A stretch of 64,000 bases of DNA from Eukaryota sp. TZLM1-RC (Eukaryota > Protista > Metamonada: BaSk clade): positions 558,001 to 622,000 of the forward strand of contig JAUPSS010000011.1 in the NCBI GenBank assembly GCA_040285825.1, read 5' to 3'. A program made the position numbers and the translations under genes. Positions 48,269 through 59,910 of the stretch are shown piece by piece. The notes beneath the pieces were generated by a model, which saw only the letters and a program-made list of their open reading frames with translations, was not told where the DNA came from and ran no database searches. Each line of letters starts with the position of its first letter. The stretch's first letter is position 1.

Positions 48269-48495
48269 CTTCAAAGCTACGTATTGTTCTAGAGGAGAAA
48301 TGGGCTCACTGAGATTGGTGGCCAATTATTCGAGGATTCTAGAACATCTGTGGACGATCTCACCAAGGATGAAAGTTCTTGGAAGTTTGAATGATGCTTG
48401 ACGAAAGTATGCATTTCAAATGAAAACCACAGACTATTTCGGTTCAATTCATATAATGGTCAATAATTGACATGAAAATAACCATAATATTTATG
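48266..48495 (+). ncRNA. Putative Fanzor omegaRNA scaffold
   Basis: Stems TGTTCTAGA/TCTAGAACA (48285/48338) and TCTGTGG/CCACAGA (48347/48427), the latter enclosing two GAAA-capped hairpins; further hairpins at 48459-48471 and 48483-48495; lies directly after the Fanzor stop. Confidence 0.68.
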
Positions 48496-48510
48496 TTTTA
48501 AGATTTTCAC

Positions 48511-48990
48511 ATGGTTTCCTTTATTTGCTCAGTATGTAATGCCACTGTCAAAAAGCCCAAGGTTAAAAACCATCGTTGTCACAACTGTACTTTTTGTTGT
48601 TTAGATTGTCAACAAGAGTTTAATCACAACTCAGTTCACTCTCACAATTCATGTATATCAGAGGCAGAGAAATACCAGGGTGCATTATATAAAGACAAGA
48701 AGAAGCGTAAGGCGGTACAATCTGATCAGCCTGTAGTAAAAGCTCCACGTTCTTGCAGCTCTTCAGCCTCTTCCTCAAAAACAAATACTCACTATCCTCA
48801 ACAATGTCATCATTCTTGCTCACTATTGGAGGACAGGATTGTCGAACTCATTCGCAGCAACTCTGACAGTACTCTCACCATTAAGAAAATTTCCAAGATG
48901 CTTCGTCCTCTCATCAAGGAGTGTGTCACCCATTCGAAAACACTTTCCTTGACTGATGAAACTGTCTCCTTGAGCGACAAATCATGTTAA
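48511..48990 (+). CDS. LYAR: LYAR-type C2HC zinc finger nucleolar protein
   Basis: MVSFICSVCNATVKKPKVKNH...CLDC...HNSCISEAEKYQG. Confidence 0.88.
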   Translation: MVSFICSVCNATVKKPKVKNHRCHNCTFCCLDCQQEFNHNSVHSHNSCISEAEKYQGALYKDKKKRKAVQSDQPVVKAPRSCSSSASSSKTNTHYPQQCHHSCSLLEDRIVELIRSNSDSTLTIKKISKMLRPLIKECVTHSKTLSLTDETVSLSDKSC

Positions 48991-49333
48991 ATACAGTGAC
49001 ATCATGTGGCTCATCTACTCCACTTAGATCAATTAGTTTTTATTTATTGTATTTCACTTTATCTACATTTAATTAGTTTTCTTTAATACATTTTTGGTAC
49101 TACCTACACCTAGTGGTTCAGCTCTTTTTAACCTCACATTAACTAGGGGTTATTCGCTGTTCTAGTGGTATTTGATTAGGTTCATTCGCTTTGTAATGGT
49201 CATTATTCCCATTTTTTTCGAAAGTACAGTAGCTTTACATGTTACTCAACATTTGATTAGCATATTTGTCATCATAAACACATGCATTTCCGTATTTAAC
49301 AACTTTGATATTTCAACAAATATTTTAAAAAAA

Positions 49334-49405
49334 TGCTCGTACTGAGGATTGAACTCAGGACCTTTTCCTTACGAAAGAACTGCTCTACCACTGAGCTATG
49401 CGAGC
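49334..49405 (-). tRNA. tRNA-Thr(CGU), with stem mismatches
   Basis: GCTCGCA TA GCTC AGTGGTA GAGC A GTTCT TTCGTAA GGAAA AGGTC CTGAG TTCAATC CTCAG TACGAGC A, followed by an oligo-T Pol III terminator. Confidence 0.88.
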
Positions 49406-50038
49406 TTTGTTCTGATTTAGTTTTAAATTTAGTACATATAGCAAGTCTCTGTCAGTAACGACTTTTTGGTACATAACCAATATACCATAGTTTAACAGAG
49501 AGTATTCTACCTAGGTAACAATAATGCATAGAAATGTTAGAGGGTAAAATAATATTTTGTATATATCCTGTTGTTGAATTCTTTTTGTAACCTATTTTGC
49601 CGTGCTAATTGGTGAATATTGGTGAAACAATCTTTTCTTAAAATACATTAAGTTATTCCAACGAAAAACTAAACAATGAGCCTAAAACTCTATATCTCTA
49701 TACCCCAAATCAGCAAAAAAGAATTGACTGGAAGGTTTTCTTTCATAAAAATGTTCAATAGATAACAAAGCAAACGGCATTAAGTTGAAACGAGTAAGTT
49801 CATGTTTCTGAAAAAACGATCTCATTGCAGTTTGTACGTTGAATTGAAGAATCTATGTGTGGATGATACATTATATGGAAAACAATAGTAAGTATTTAAA
49901 TCTGTATCACACAAGGAATTAAATGTAACTCGCAAAGTATTATAGTAACTGAAAGGAAATTGATACAGTAGCACTGATGAACTTAACTTTGATACCAATC
50001 GTCACTAATTAAAAACAATATAAATTGAGTAGAGACAT

Positions 50039-51175
50039 CTACTGGGCGAACCTTATTGAGGGCAAAACCGTAGACAATGCTGTTTGAAAATCATCCATAT
50101 TGACTGGCCTCAGAACAGGTGGACAGCCATCACCATACAATTCTCTCACTCCAATCATACTCGCTTCCCTGCACAGTAGCTTGATATCAGCTCCGGAATA
50201 ACCTTCAGTTGATTGGCCGAGTGATTCCCAATCAATTGACTTATCAGTGTTTGTCTCTCTACAAAACATCCTAAATAAATCAATTCTTGCAGGCAAATCA
50301 GGAAGAGGAACCAATATTCTCTTCTCAAACCGCCTTCGAAGTGCATCATCCAAATAATCTTCACAGTTAGTAGCAGCAATAATTGTAATTCCTTCTGCCA
50401 TATTGGTCATTTGGATTAATAGCTCTGTCAGTATCCTGCGGGAGTTGTTTCCATTATCGTTTCTTGAACCACCCAAGGAGTCTATTTCATCAAAAAAAAT
50501 GATGGTAGGAGAGTGTGTTTCTGCTAATTTAAACAAACGTTTTATAAATCTTTCTGACTCTCCCGTCCATCTAGACAACAGGGCACTAGGAGGTACTTCA
50601 AAATAGCAAGCTCCAGTTTCACCAGCAGTGGCTTTAGCCAGAAGTGTCTTTCCTTTAGTTAGAACAATTGTAAACAAACCTGTGCCTGGAGGCCCATGAA
50701 GCAGTATACTTCTCCAGGGCTGCCTCAGGCCCTGGAAGAGTTCAGGAAACATTTTGGGATATACTACAGCTGAAATTAGTGTCGATATGGACATACCTTC
50801 CATCAGTGACTGCTTAGCACCATCTATCCCACTAATTTCGCACAATCGTTCATGAGGACGATGTTGGACTACTGTGGAGTAAAGAAATTCAGTAAGCTCT
50901 CGCTCTTCTTTTGATGGTTCCGATTCAGCATCAGTATTTTTATGATCAGAAAACTTTGGCTCATCTGTTATGAATGTAACCCGTTTTTGGAAGACATTTT
51001 TGATGAATGAAAAGACCTGACGATGTGTGTCATTGGCTTCATGTATGAGGACATTATCCAAGTGCGCAAGAGCAGAATTGTAGCAGACGGTAGCTCGGTC
51101 TTTACGATCATTGCTATCATGATCAAGACCATTTTCCATCCACTTGAGCACGGAATAAAGCTCTTCTATTACCAT
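50039..51175 (-). CDS. Meiotic-clade AAA+ ATPase (katanin p60/VPS4-like, MIT-like N-terminus); introns 50770-50796 and 50653-50679 (27 nt each)
   Basis: PWRSILLHGPPGT/GKT Walker A after splicing, IIFFDEID Walker B, SRWTGESE, ALRRRFEKRI, GYSGADI. Confidence 0.88.
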   Translation of the reverse strand: MVIEELYSVLKWMENGLDHDSNDRKDRATVCYNSALAHLDNVLIHEANDTHRQVFSFIKNVFQKRVTFITDEPKFSDHKNTDAESEPSKEERELTEFLYSTVVQHRPHERLCEISGIDGAKQSLMEGMSISTLISAVVYPKMFPELFQGLRQPWRSILLHGPPGTGLFTIVLTKGKTLLAKATAGETGACYFEVPPSALLSRWTGESERFIKRLFKLAETHSPTIIFFDEIDSLGGSRNDNGNNSRRILTELLIQMTNMAEGITIIAATNCEDYLDDALRRRFEKRILVPLPDLPARIDLFRMFCRETNTDKSIDWESLGQSTEGYSGADIKLLCREASMIGVRELYGDGCPPVLRPVNMDDFQTALSTVLPSIRFAQ

Positions 51176-51612
51176 GAAGTGTTGTGAGAAGTAATAAGGG
51201 AGTGACACTGTTGTGTCAATTTTGCAGGGAAAAATGTTGGTAAAAAATTATGCCCATCATAAAATAAGTTTTTACATGGTTCTTCCAAAAGATTCATTGT
51301 CATCAGATTTAGAATTATTCAATGTTGCTTATTTCATTTGGTTACATTTTTGTCAATAAATTGTTCATATCCATAAAGAGGTTAAGGTTTAACAATGATC
51401 GTGTGTATTGAGCATTTTCTGTAATTATTTATTCCTGGAACAGTCACATTTTGAAACTCAATCTTAACTATCACTTACACGGTATAAGTTATACCTACCA
51501 AAAACCCCATTAATTGAACGATGGGAGGGTAATTTTTGAAAACAGGCTGACTGTGTATTACCAACCCAATATTATATAAATTATTCGGTGTGTTTAACTA
51601 ATTATTATTCAA

Positions 51613-52997
51613 TTTTTTAGTATTTATTGAATTTGCACACTTAATTAAATTAACTCATAACTAATGGGACGACTATAATTGAACCAAGATTTCCTCTACA
51701 AAATCTTGATCTGCTTGGTGTCTAGCTAAAGCTTCTCTTATTCGATTGAAAAACCGTGGTAATCTATTAATAATGGCAAATTGAATCCGTGAACGCTATA
51801 AAAATATATCAAATCTTTTCATTGTTTTTTCTTGCACCATTTTTTGGAAGTCATTCAAAAAAGTTTCTGCTTCAACTGATAATCTTCCATTTATCGAAAA
51901 TGGGAAAGCAATAAAAACCAGCTGTGTATTTCTATCGACATTAGCCTCTTCAATATCTTTATCATATTTTCTATGTTTCTCTTTTGCTTTAAAATTCAGA
52001 GCAGCCACAGGATTAAGTTTTCTTCTGTGAACCAAAGTATCATTTGCAACATTACATGAGACAAAGTCGACAATAGCTTCAGAATTATCAATCCAATCAC
52101 AGTATACATCACCTCTATCATCAGAACCAAAATTATTCGGAGAAAGTGTTTCCTTCAGCAGGGGCTCTTTGATACACGATATCCGTGCAGTTTGTGCCAT
52201 ATTGAAAACAGTGTCTCTAACAGCATCATGTAATGAAGAACGATATGTTATCAATTTAGAGCAATTCAGAGCATGGCGCAAAGTGAGTTGAGGAGAATTC
52301 GAACAAATACATCCTTCTTTTGATAATAATTGATTAATGGGGATGTTCAAATATAATCTCATTTTTGTCACAAATGCTTCATTAGTGGCACACAATCCAA
52401 AACTTCGTGGTACAATAGTTACAAAAAGTGATGAATCTGACGACTTGTTTTCACAAACACCCTTTTCCAATAACAATGAGTGAAGATCTTGATTTAAAAC
52501 AGCCGAGCTGCATATATTATTATAAAGATCTTTTTCATACATTCCAGTCAATCGTTTCTGTAATGTTCGCAGAGTGTACTTCAAATTTAAAACATTTTTT
52601 CTGAAATATAGCCATTGAATGATTGGGGAAAACATCGACCCCATTTTTCTATACCAATTTTTGAAATTTCTTCATTTAATGCAAAAACAGTGGAACCTTG
52701 CGTTGTCATCAATAAATCTTCCCATTCTGCAAATCTTACGGAAAACTCAAAGATTGCATTTCTACATCCGCCAACAAAAGCACACGATAAATAGAAGCCT
52801 ATAATAGAAGCCTTCGTCCACCCTAAACCGCCATAATGTGAACTAAGGTAAGGATGATCTGGAATTTGAAACATTTTACATACCAGTAATTGAGACAGAA
52901 CTTTTGCACGTAACTCATTAAACTTCTGAGCCAAAGGTCTAGTGATGAGAGGATTTGTAGATCGAAATATATGATTAAAATTGGAACTAAAACACAG
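51613..52997 (-). mobile_element. Subfamily A non-LTR copy, 5'-truncated
   Basis: ORFs 52587..52934 and 51796..52644 are near-identical to the other subfamily A copies. Confidence 0.88.
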
Positions 52998-53142
52998 TCT
53001 TAATTAACTTAACTTTAATATTCAATCATATTAATGTTGTGTTTGTACTTGTGGAAACAACTGTGTGAAATTGATTAATTATTATATTTTATTGGAAACT
53101 AAAAATATTTTTATAAATTGAACAACAGCGACAAAATTCTTT

Positions 53143-55310
53143 CTAATCAATAGACTCCAACTCTCCTTGTTCTTCCACATTTTCACTTGGCTCTTCGAGA
53201 TCGGGCAACTCTTCGACTTCCATTTCAGCACCTTCACCAGTTTCTAAACCGACAGAGATCATTCTGTAAATTCTGTCAGAGAATCGTTTGGGATTATCAA
53301 GGGTAAATCCAGAGGTCAAGAGAGCGGTTTCGAACAACAAAACGGTCATGTCCTTGAGAGTTTTGTCTTCCTTGTTTTGTTCAGACCTATTACGGAGATC
53401 AGCAACAATGGGATGGTTTGGAGAAATTTCAAGAACCTTCTTGGATGACATCATAGAAAACATTGAAGAATCACGGAGGGCTTGGGCCTTCATGATACGT
53501 TCCATATTGGCACTCCACCCATGTTCAGAGGTGACTAAACAGCATGGAGTATCGACAAGTCTTTCAGAGATGGTAACCTTTTCGACCTTATCACCAAGAA
53601 TTTCCTTCATGACCTTGCAAAGAGCTTCGTTGGAAGCCTTGAGTTCTTCCTTTGCCTTCTTTTCTTCTTCAGTTTCATCTTCAAGTTCAAGACCTTCCTT
53701 GGTGACATTGACAAGTTTCTTGTCTTCGAATTCGCGGAGTTGCTGGACGGCATATTCATCAATGGGATCAACAAGGAACAAAACTTCAATGTCACGCTTC
53801 TTAAATATTTCAAGATGAGGTGAGTTTTCAACTTCTTCAATAGAGGCTCCAGTAATGAAGTAAATGTTCTTTTGCTTTTCGTTCATTCGGGAAATATAGT
53901 CTTGAAGTGATGTGACTTCACCCTTGGAGGTAGTAGATTGATATCTCAAAAGCTCAGCAAGCTTCTTTCTGTTGGCAGAGTCTTCATGGATACCGAGTTT
54001 GATATACTTGGCAAATTGCTCATAGAAAGTTTTGAACTTTTCTTCATCTTCTGCAAGTTCACTAAAAAGTTCAATACATTTCTTGACCAAGTTCTTCTTG
54101 ATGACCTTCATGACACGGTTTTGTTGTAACATTTCACGAGAAATGTTAAGAGGCAAATCTTCAGAATCAACAACACCCTTGATGAAGGAGAGCCATTCGG
54201 GGATCAATTCTTGGGCATCATCAGAAATGAATACACGGCGAATATAAAGTTTGATATTGTTTTGTTTCTTGCTACGTTCAAACATATCGAATGGAGCACG
54301 CTTAGGAACATATAAGAGAGCCTTGAATTCGAGCTGTCCTTCAACAGAGAAATGCTTTACGGCTAAATGAGATTCCCAGTCATTGGTAAGGGCCTTATAG
54401 AAGGAAGTATATTCTTCCTCAGTAACTTCCTTGGGGTTGCGGGTCCAGAGAGCTTTTTGTGTGTTGAGTTGATCGAATTCCTTAACCTTTTCCTTGATTT
54501 TCTTTGTTTTTTCCTTGCCTTCTTCTTCTTCATCGGATTCAACATCTTCAACAGCTCCTTCTTCCTTTTCTTTTTCAGGTTCTTCATCAGCTGGAACCTC
54601 CTTTTCAACTTCCTTTTCAACGAAGAGGAAAATAGGATAGTTGATAAATTCAGAGTGTTTCTTGACAATATCCTTAATTTTCTTTTCTTCAAGGTATTCA
54701 AGTTGTTCTTCCTTCATTCCGAGGACAATCTTGGTTCCACGGCCAATTGATTCGTTGGTTTCATCACGAGTAATGGTGAAATGACCTCCAGCAGATGATT
54801 CCCAGATGTATTGTTCGTCGTCATTGTGCTTGGTGATAACAGTGACATGATCAGCAACAAGGTAGGCAGAGTAGAAACCGACACCGAATTGACCAATCAT
54901 AGAGACATCGCCTCCCGATTGAACAGCTTGCATAAAAGCCTTGGTACCAGATCTGGCAATGGTTCCAAGAGAATTAACGAGATCACTCTTGGTCATACCA
55001 ATACCGGTATCGTGAATGGTGAGAGTCTTGTTTTCCTTATCGGGGATGATCATAATTTTGAGATCGGGATTGGATTCAAGAACAGATTGATCAGTGAGAG
55101 ACTGGTATCTGATTTTATCGAGAGCATCGGAAGAATTGGAAATAAGTTCTCTGAGGAAAATATCAGAGTCTAGGATAAGCTAAGGTGCTTGAGAGAGCTG
55201 ACAAACTGGAGTAGAACGTGTTGATAATGAGCTGAGATGAGGAAGTAATGTAGACATACCTGAAGAAGCTCGTTAATCTCAGCTTGGAACTCAAAGGTTT
55301 CAGAGGACAT
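53143..55310 (-). CDS. HSP90: Cytosolic Hsp90; introns 55232-55259 (28 nt) and 55170-55206 (37 nt)
   Basis: [87 protein letters not shown]. Confidence 0.97.
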
Positions 55311-55811
55311 CAGGTTAGTGCGTAACAAAGTAAAACAACCATCTTGTTGAGTATGAGAATTTAAAGTGATGACAACAAATCGTGACGAATTGCCAACTCA
55401 TCTTGTAAGTTTACTTTTTACTTGAGAGTACTTATGGGGAATTTCCCCACTCATCTGCTTCTTCAGCAGTTGTGTTAAAATTGATGTATGCGGGCTCACG
55501 AAAGGGAATCATTATCCAACTTGTTGCAAAAAGTTAACTGTGCCTTTCGCTATTGTACTCATTTCGTTCAGATTGTACAACTTTACTTAGTATTCAATTA
55601 AATGTAATGAAAAGATTGTATCCACGTTTTATTGTCTACAAATAATCACTGAATACTTCAGAAGAAAAACATCAATAACAATAGTATGAAAGTTCAGAAA
55701 CAATCATGTTAAAGAAACTAATTGAGTATAAGTAGTATCGATAAGTATCGAGTGCTTTAAATTTGGACAAAGCCATTGTAAATACAAGTCTCCAACAATC
55801 ACAGCATACTA

Positions 55812-56252
55812 TCAGTCAAAACCATCCATCAAAAGACGTTCACTTGGTATTCGTGAATGTGTTGTCATCAGTTGACCCATTTGATAGTCATTGATGTGTT
55901 CAAAGGGGAAATCAAAAGCTTTGAATAATCTTACAGCCAATTGATGTTTACACAGCAACGAAGTATCCTTCAAGACAGTGTATGTGAATGCAGGACATGA
56001 GCAAAACTCATTGAGGACAAGGTAAACAGTAGATCTGCCTTGCACAAGAGAAATTTGTCTACCAGAATCTTGACATTCATAAACGTGAACTGCTTTTTGA
56101 TCAATAAGCTGAAGTGCAGGTTCCAACTGTGAAGGGAAAACTAAGTCAAGAATCTCTAGAATGTCTTGAGAAACATCTGTACTAGAGTCTAGTTGACTAA
56201 GAATTTCCTGATAGAAAGAACAAAGTGATAAGGTAATGCTTGGAGAAACCAT
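55812..56252 (-). CDS. ZSWIM7: SWIM zinc finger protein ZSWIM7/Sws1 (Shu complex)
   Basis: ALQLID, SGR....VQG, FCSCPAFTYTVL....LCKHQLA. Confidence 0.85.
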   Translation of the reverse strand: MVSPSITLSLCSFYQEILSQLDSSTDVSQDILEILDLVFPSQLEPALQLIDQKAVHVYECQDSGRQISLVQGRSTVYLVLNEFCSCPAFTYTVLKDTSLLCKHQLAVRLFKAFDFPFEHINDYQMGQLMTTHSRIPSERLLMDGFD

Positions 56253-56403
56253 TTGAATTTGAATTGATAAATTCTCTGGTATTGATTAGTACAGGGATGA
56301 CTAAAGTGATAAAGTACTTTACTTTACTTTACTTTAAATCTTTTTTCAATAAGGTGATGACTTCTATGCACTTCTGACAATAGTCTAGGACAACTTCAAA
56401 CAT

Positions 56404-57253
56404 TTTTTTGAATTTTTCCAAAGGTTTCCTTATGAAGTTCATTTGATCCATGGTGAATCAAATTTTTATTTGAATCAACTTCAAATAGAATAAGATAATT
56501 TGCCTAGTGATATCTGGATTCAGTGTTTTCCTCAAAATGTTCAAGAAATTCCCACCCGATCACTTCCAAAATTACGTTTTTGCCTGAAATTATAGAAAGG
56601 CTTGGATTATGAAGTAAGACTTGGCTTGGCCATAACTAAAAATCCCGCTTTCGGTAATTTTTTAAAGGATATTCGTGATAGCTCTGCTGCTGCTTTAGTA
56701 ACTCAAATTCCCTCTGTTTATGGACTTTTGTTAAAAAACAATGAATGGCTTTTAAAAATGCGTTTTCGTTCTTTTCTGTGGCCAAACAATTTGCCCAATC
56801 ATTTAACTTGTAAATGTGGTAAACCTCTTTTGTTTACTCATCTTTTGAACTGTAAACATTTCATTACATTTAGAAGCAAAGTGCATAATAATGTCAGGGA
56901 CCAAATTTATGTAATGTGTAAAATCATATCGAGTAGATTCTTTTTTAGAGCCGTCGTTATCAAAATTAATTCCTGATGACCCCAATATTGATAGTACGTG
57001 TTACAAAAGAGCTTCTATGGGTCTGACAAGAGGTGATCTAGTTGTTCCCGGTGAAAATGGTAGTTTTACTATTTTGGACGCCATGTCTATTGACCCTTGT
57101 AATTCTGCTAACGAATAATTATCTTATTTTCTGAATCTTTAGCAATTAATTGTTGTGATGTAGGGGAGGCAGGTTTTGAGGATGTGGAGTTTTAATTGTG
57201 CATTTTATGTTTTCATATTTCTTGTTGAATGAATAAAATTGGTAATGAAAAAA
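56404..57253 (+). mobile_element. Subfamily D non-LTR copy with an internal deletion
   Basis: Homologous to 23394-24926; TSD AACTTCAAACAT at 56392-56403 and 57254-57265. Confidence 0.87.
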
Positions 57254-57689
57254 AACTTCAAACATGTTACTATTTTGTCTCACTTTAAGCAACTTTACTG
57301 CATAAGTATAAAATAAAGCTTAAACTAAATAAATAAATAAAAAATAAACTAAATAAAGTACTTTAATTCCCTATTTTGGACCACTTTAATCATCCCTAGT
57401 TTAGAATTGAATAATAAAGATATTTTTATTAATCAAAAAAAAGTGTCTTCCATGGGGACTTTTTGTCACCTAAATTATTTCTAATTGTTATTAATATCCC
57501 ACTGACCCCTTTAAATGATTCGAAAATTATTGCTTAACATGGGATAACACTTGCAAAACATCTTCATAAATCAAATAATGCTTTTGCTGATGATATTAAT
57601 TAATTCGGCAATTGAGAATCTCCGCTCAACACCAATTCCCACTTTTTCCACTGCCAAAGAACTCTGTAACGTCTATAACCAGTTTACCC

Positions 57690-58650
57690 TGGAACAGCAG
57701 TATAGTTCATAGTCATATTAGAATCGTCAAACCATGCTTTGAAAAGAATAAAAGAGCTCAACGAAGAGTGGGCCACACTATTTAAATCAACTGTCCGCAA
57801 TTGGACAAAAAAATCAAACAAATCCGCCATGAATCAACTTTACGGTGCTACACTACAAAGCAAAATAGTGAAAAAGTCCACGAAATTTATTGTAACAAGG
57901 AAAATCAAGGAAGACCTACAACACTGCCTGAAGAGACTCACAGGTTCCTTTTAAGATTCTTGATAGCTATTCAAGTTGCTGGTGGCGTAAATGCTCCAAT
58001 TTACGTTTAAAGTATCACCAAAGGAGTGATGGTAAGCAGAGGTAAAAGTCATCTTTTGAGAGAGAAGGTGGGAGACATCAACCTTACCCAATTCTGGGCC
58101 AATGGTATTCTAGGCCACCATCTGAAATGGGTTTCAAGAAAGCCCAAAACTAATAGGAAACTCACACTTGATGAAAAAAAGATGCTGCAATTGCAATCTC
58201 AGAAGTCACACAAAATCCAGAATCGTGTAATTAATAATTAGGGTTAGGAAATATTGATTGGTTTGATAACTTACCAATATCTCATATTGGGTCAATTTAG
58301 ATATAATTCAAGTATAATTCAGAACTCATACTTTGCATGGACGAGACTATGGTACCCCGGGTAGCCGTCTCCAACACTACTTATGCTGCTGATAGAGCAG
58401 ATTGAGTGATTCTACAGAGTCAGTGTTAGCAAGGAGGATGTACTGTCAGTTTGATCGTTACCTTAAGTGGGAAGACACTAATGCCAAAAGTCATTTGGGA
58501 AGGAGCCACTTTTGGTGATGGATTTCAAAAATTTTTCAGGATAGGATCCAAAAAATGGGCATACGGCTTCACATTCGGTGAATCCCAACACAATTGTACA
58601 CAACTTGCGCTGCATTGTAACACCATATTAGAACTATTAGAGGTAATGTA
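57690..58650 (+). pseudogene. pogo/Tigger-like (DDE_1) transposase remnant, truncated by a non-LTR insertion
   Basis: HTH-like KSTVRNW, GRPTTLP, CENP-B-like W...HLKWVSRKP, ELILCMDET, LIVTLSGKTLMPKVIWEG. Confidence 0.62.
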
Positions 58651-58658
58651 GTAAAATC

Positions 58659-59557
58659 TTTTTTTTATTTAATATTTTTTATTAAAACCCCATAAATCAA
58701 CATCTAAAAATCCATCTCTCCCAAAACAAAAACACTAGATGCAACTCTTTCATAGTGAGTTCCAAGAAAAAGCAAAGCATCAGAAAACATCTTCAACATT
58801 CCCTTAAAAATAGAAAACACAATTCTATTTTGCCAAAACAATCTGTTGAAATTTTTGTTAGTTCTTCTCTTTACAATCATTTCAAAATCTTCCAAAAAAC
58901 GTAAAGCTGTTGGAGCAAGTGAACCAAAAAGAGAAAATACAAATGGATACAAATTGTATTTTGCATGCTGTTGACTGGACAATTTGGACAAAGATTCATT
59001 TTATTTTTTTGATTTTGCATTTTTCAGCATTTGAAAAATGATTATGAAGTTCAGAATTGGCAAGCCTTTCATTTGAGGCATTACAAGGATCAACAGACAT
59101 TACATCCACTAAAATGAAGGTTCCATCTAATCCAGGTAATATTACATCACCTCTATTATTCTTATGAAAATCATCTTCAACATCAAACAGATTTGACAAC
59201 AGAGGTTCCAAAAAGGATTCAATTCTATGATACTTACACATACAATATAACTGGTCTCTTACAGCATCGTGAACCTTGCTTCTAAAAGCAATAAAATGTT
59301 TGCAATTTAACAAATGAGTAATTGTAATTTTTCGAGAACATTTACAAATTAAATTATGAGGTAAATTATCAGACCAGATAAAGGAACGAAATCTCATATT
59401 CAAAGTTTTAAGCAGAATCAGTTCAGAGAGTTCCATAAACTTGAGGAATTGTTGTTACTCAAGCAGAAGTTGTACTATCACATATATCTTGTAAAAGATT
59501 TGCAAAAGCGGGATTCTTTTCTTGGCCAAGCCAAGTCTAACATCAAAATCCAAGCTT
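58659..59557 (-). mobile_element. Subfamily B non-LTR copy, 5'-truncated
   Basis: CKCx7Hx3C knuckle, VHDAVRD, NNRGDVILPG, FWQNRIVF; poly(A). Confidence 0.87.
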
Positions 59558-59745
59558 GTTCTTACTCTCAAGTATTCAAGAGAAGTTTCGGGGTCAAAAT
59601 TATTACTTATTTTACGTTTATAATTTATTTTCTGAAACAATATCAACGCCTTTAGGCTTAAATAGAATAAGGGGAAAACAAATAAACTTTGTCTCATTCA
59701 CTTTATCTCATTTTATTTTGACTTATCGACTAGAGGCAACCACAC

Positions 59746-59806
59746 TTCTAAGTGATATAGTTTTCTAAGTGATATAGTTTTCTAAGTGATATAGTTTTCT
59801 AAGTGA
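59746..59806 (+). repeat. 17-bp tandem repeat TTCTAAGTGATATAGTT (about 3.6 copies)
   Basis: Directly visible; preceded by TAGAGGCAACCA at 59731, a possible hAT-like terminus. Confidence 0.85.
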
Positions 59807-59910
59807 TTTGTTTGCTTATAATGATAATCAAAGCCTTTTCTGTTGTTGAGCTTCAAATTAATTCATTTTGAAACATTCATTCATTTTGAAATTATTAATT
59901 ATTATTATAA

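Noticed and set aside
53288-55173. Antisense and alternative-frame ORFs over Hsp90 (similarly over TMEM67, RPL18 and the retroelements)
   Set aside because: Shadow ORFs caused by codon bias; no motifs.
55436-55448. Palindrome GGGGAATTTCCCC upstream of Hsp90 as a regulatory site
   Set aside because: A single short instance and not a canonical nGAAn heat-shock array.
59746-59806. CRISPR-like array
   Set aside because: Head-to-tail 17-mers with no spacers, in a eukaryotic context.
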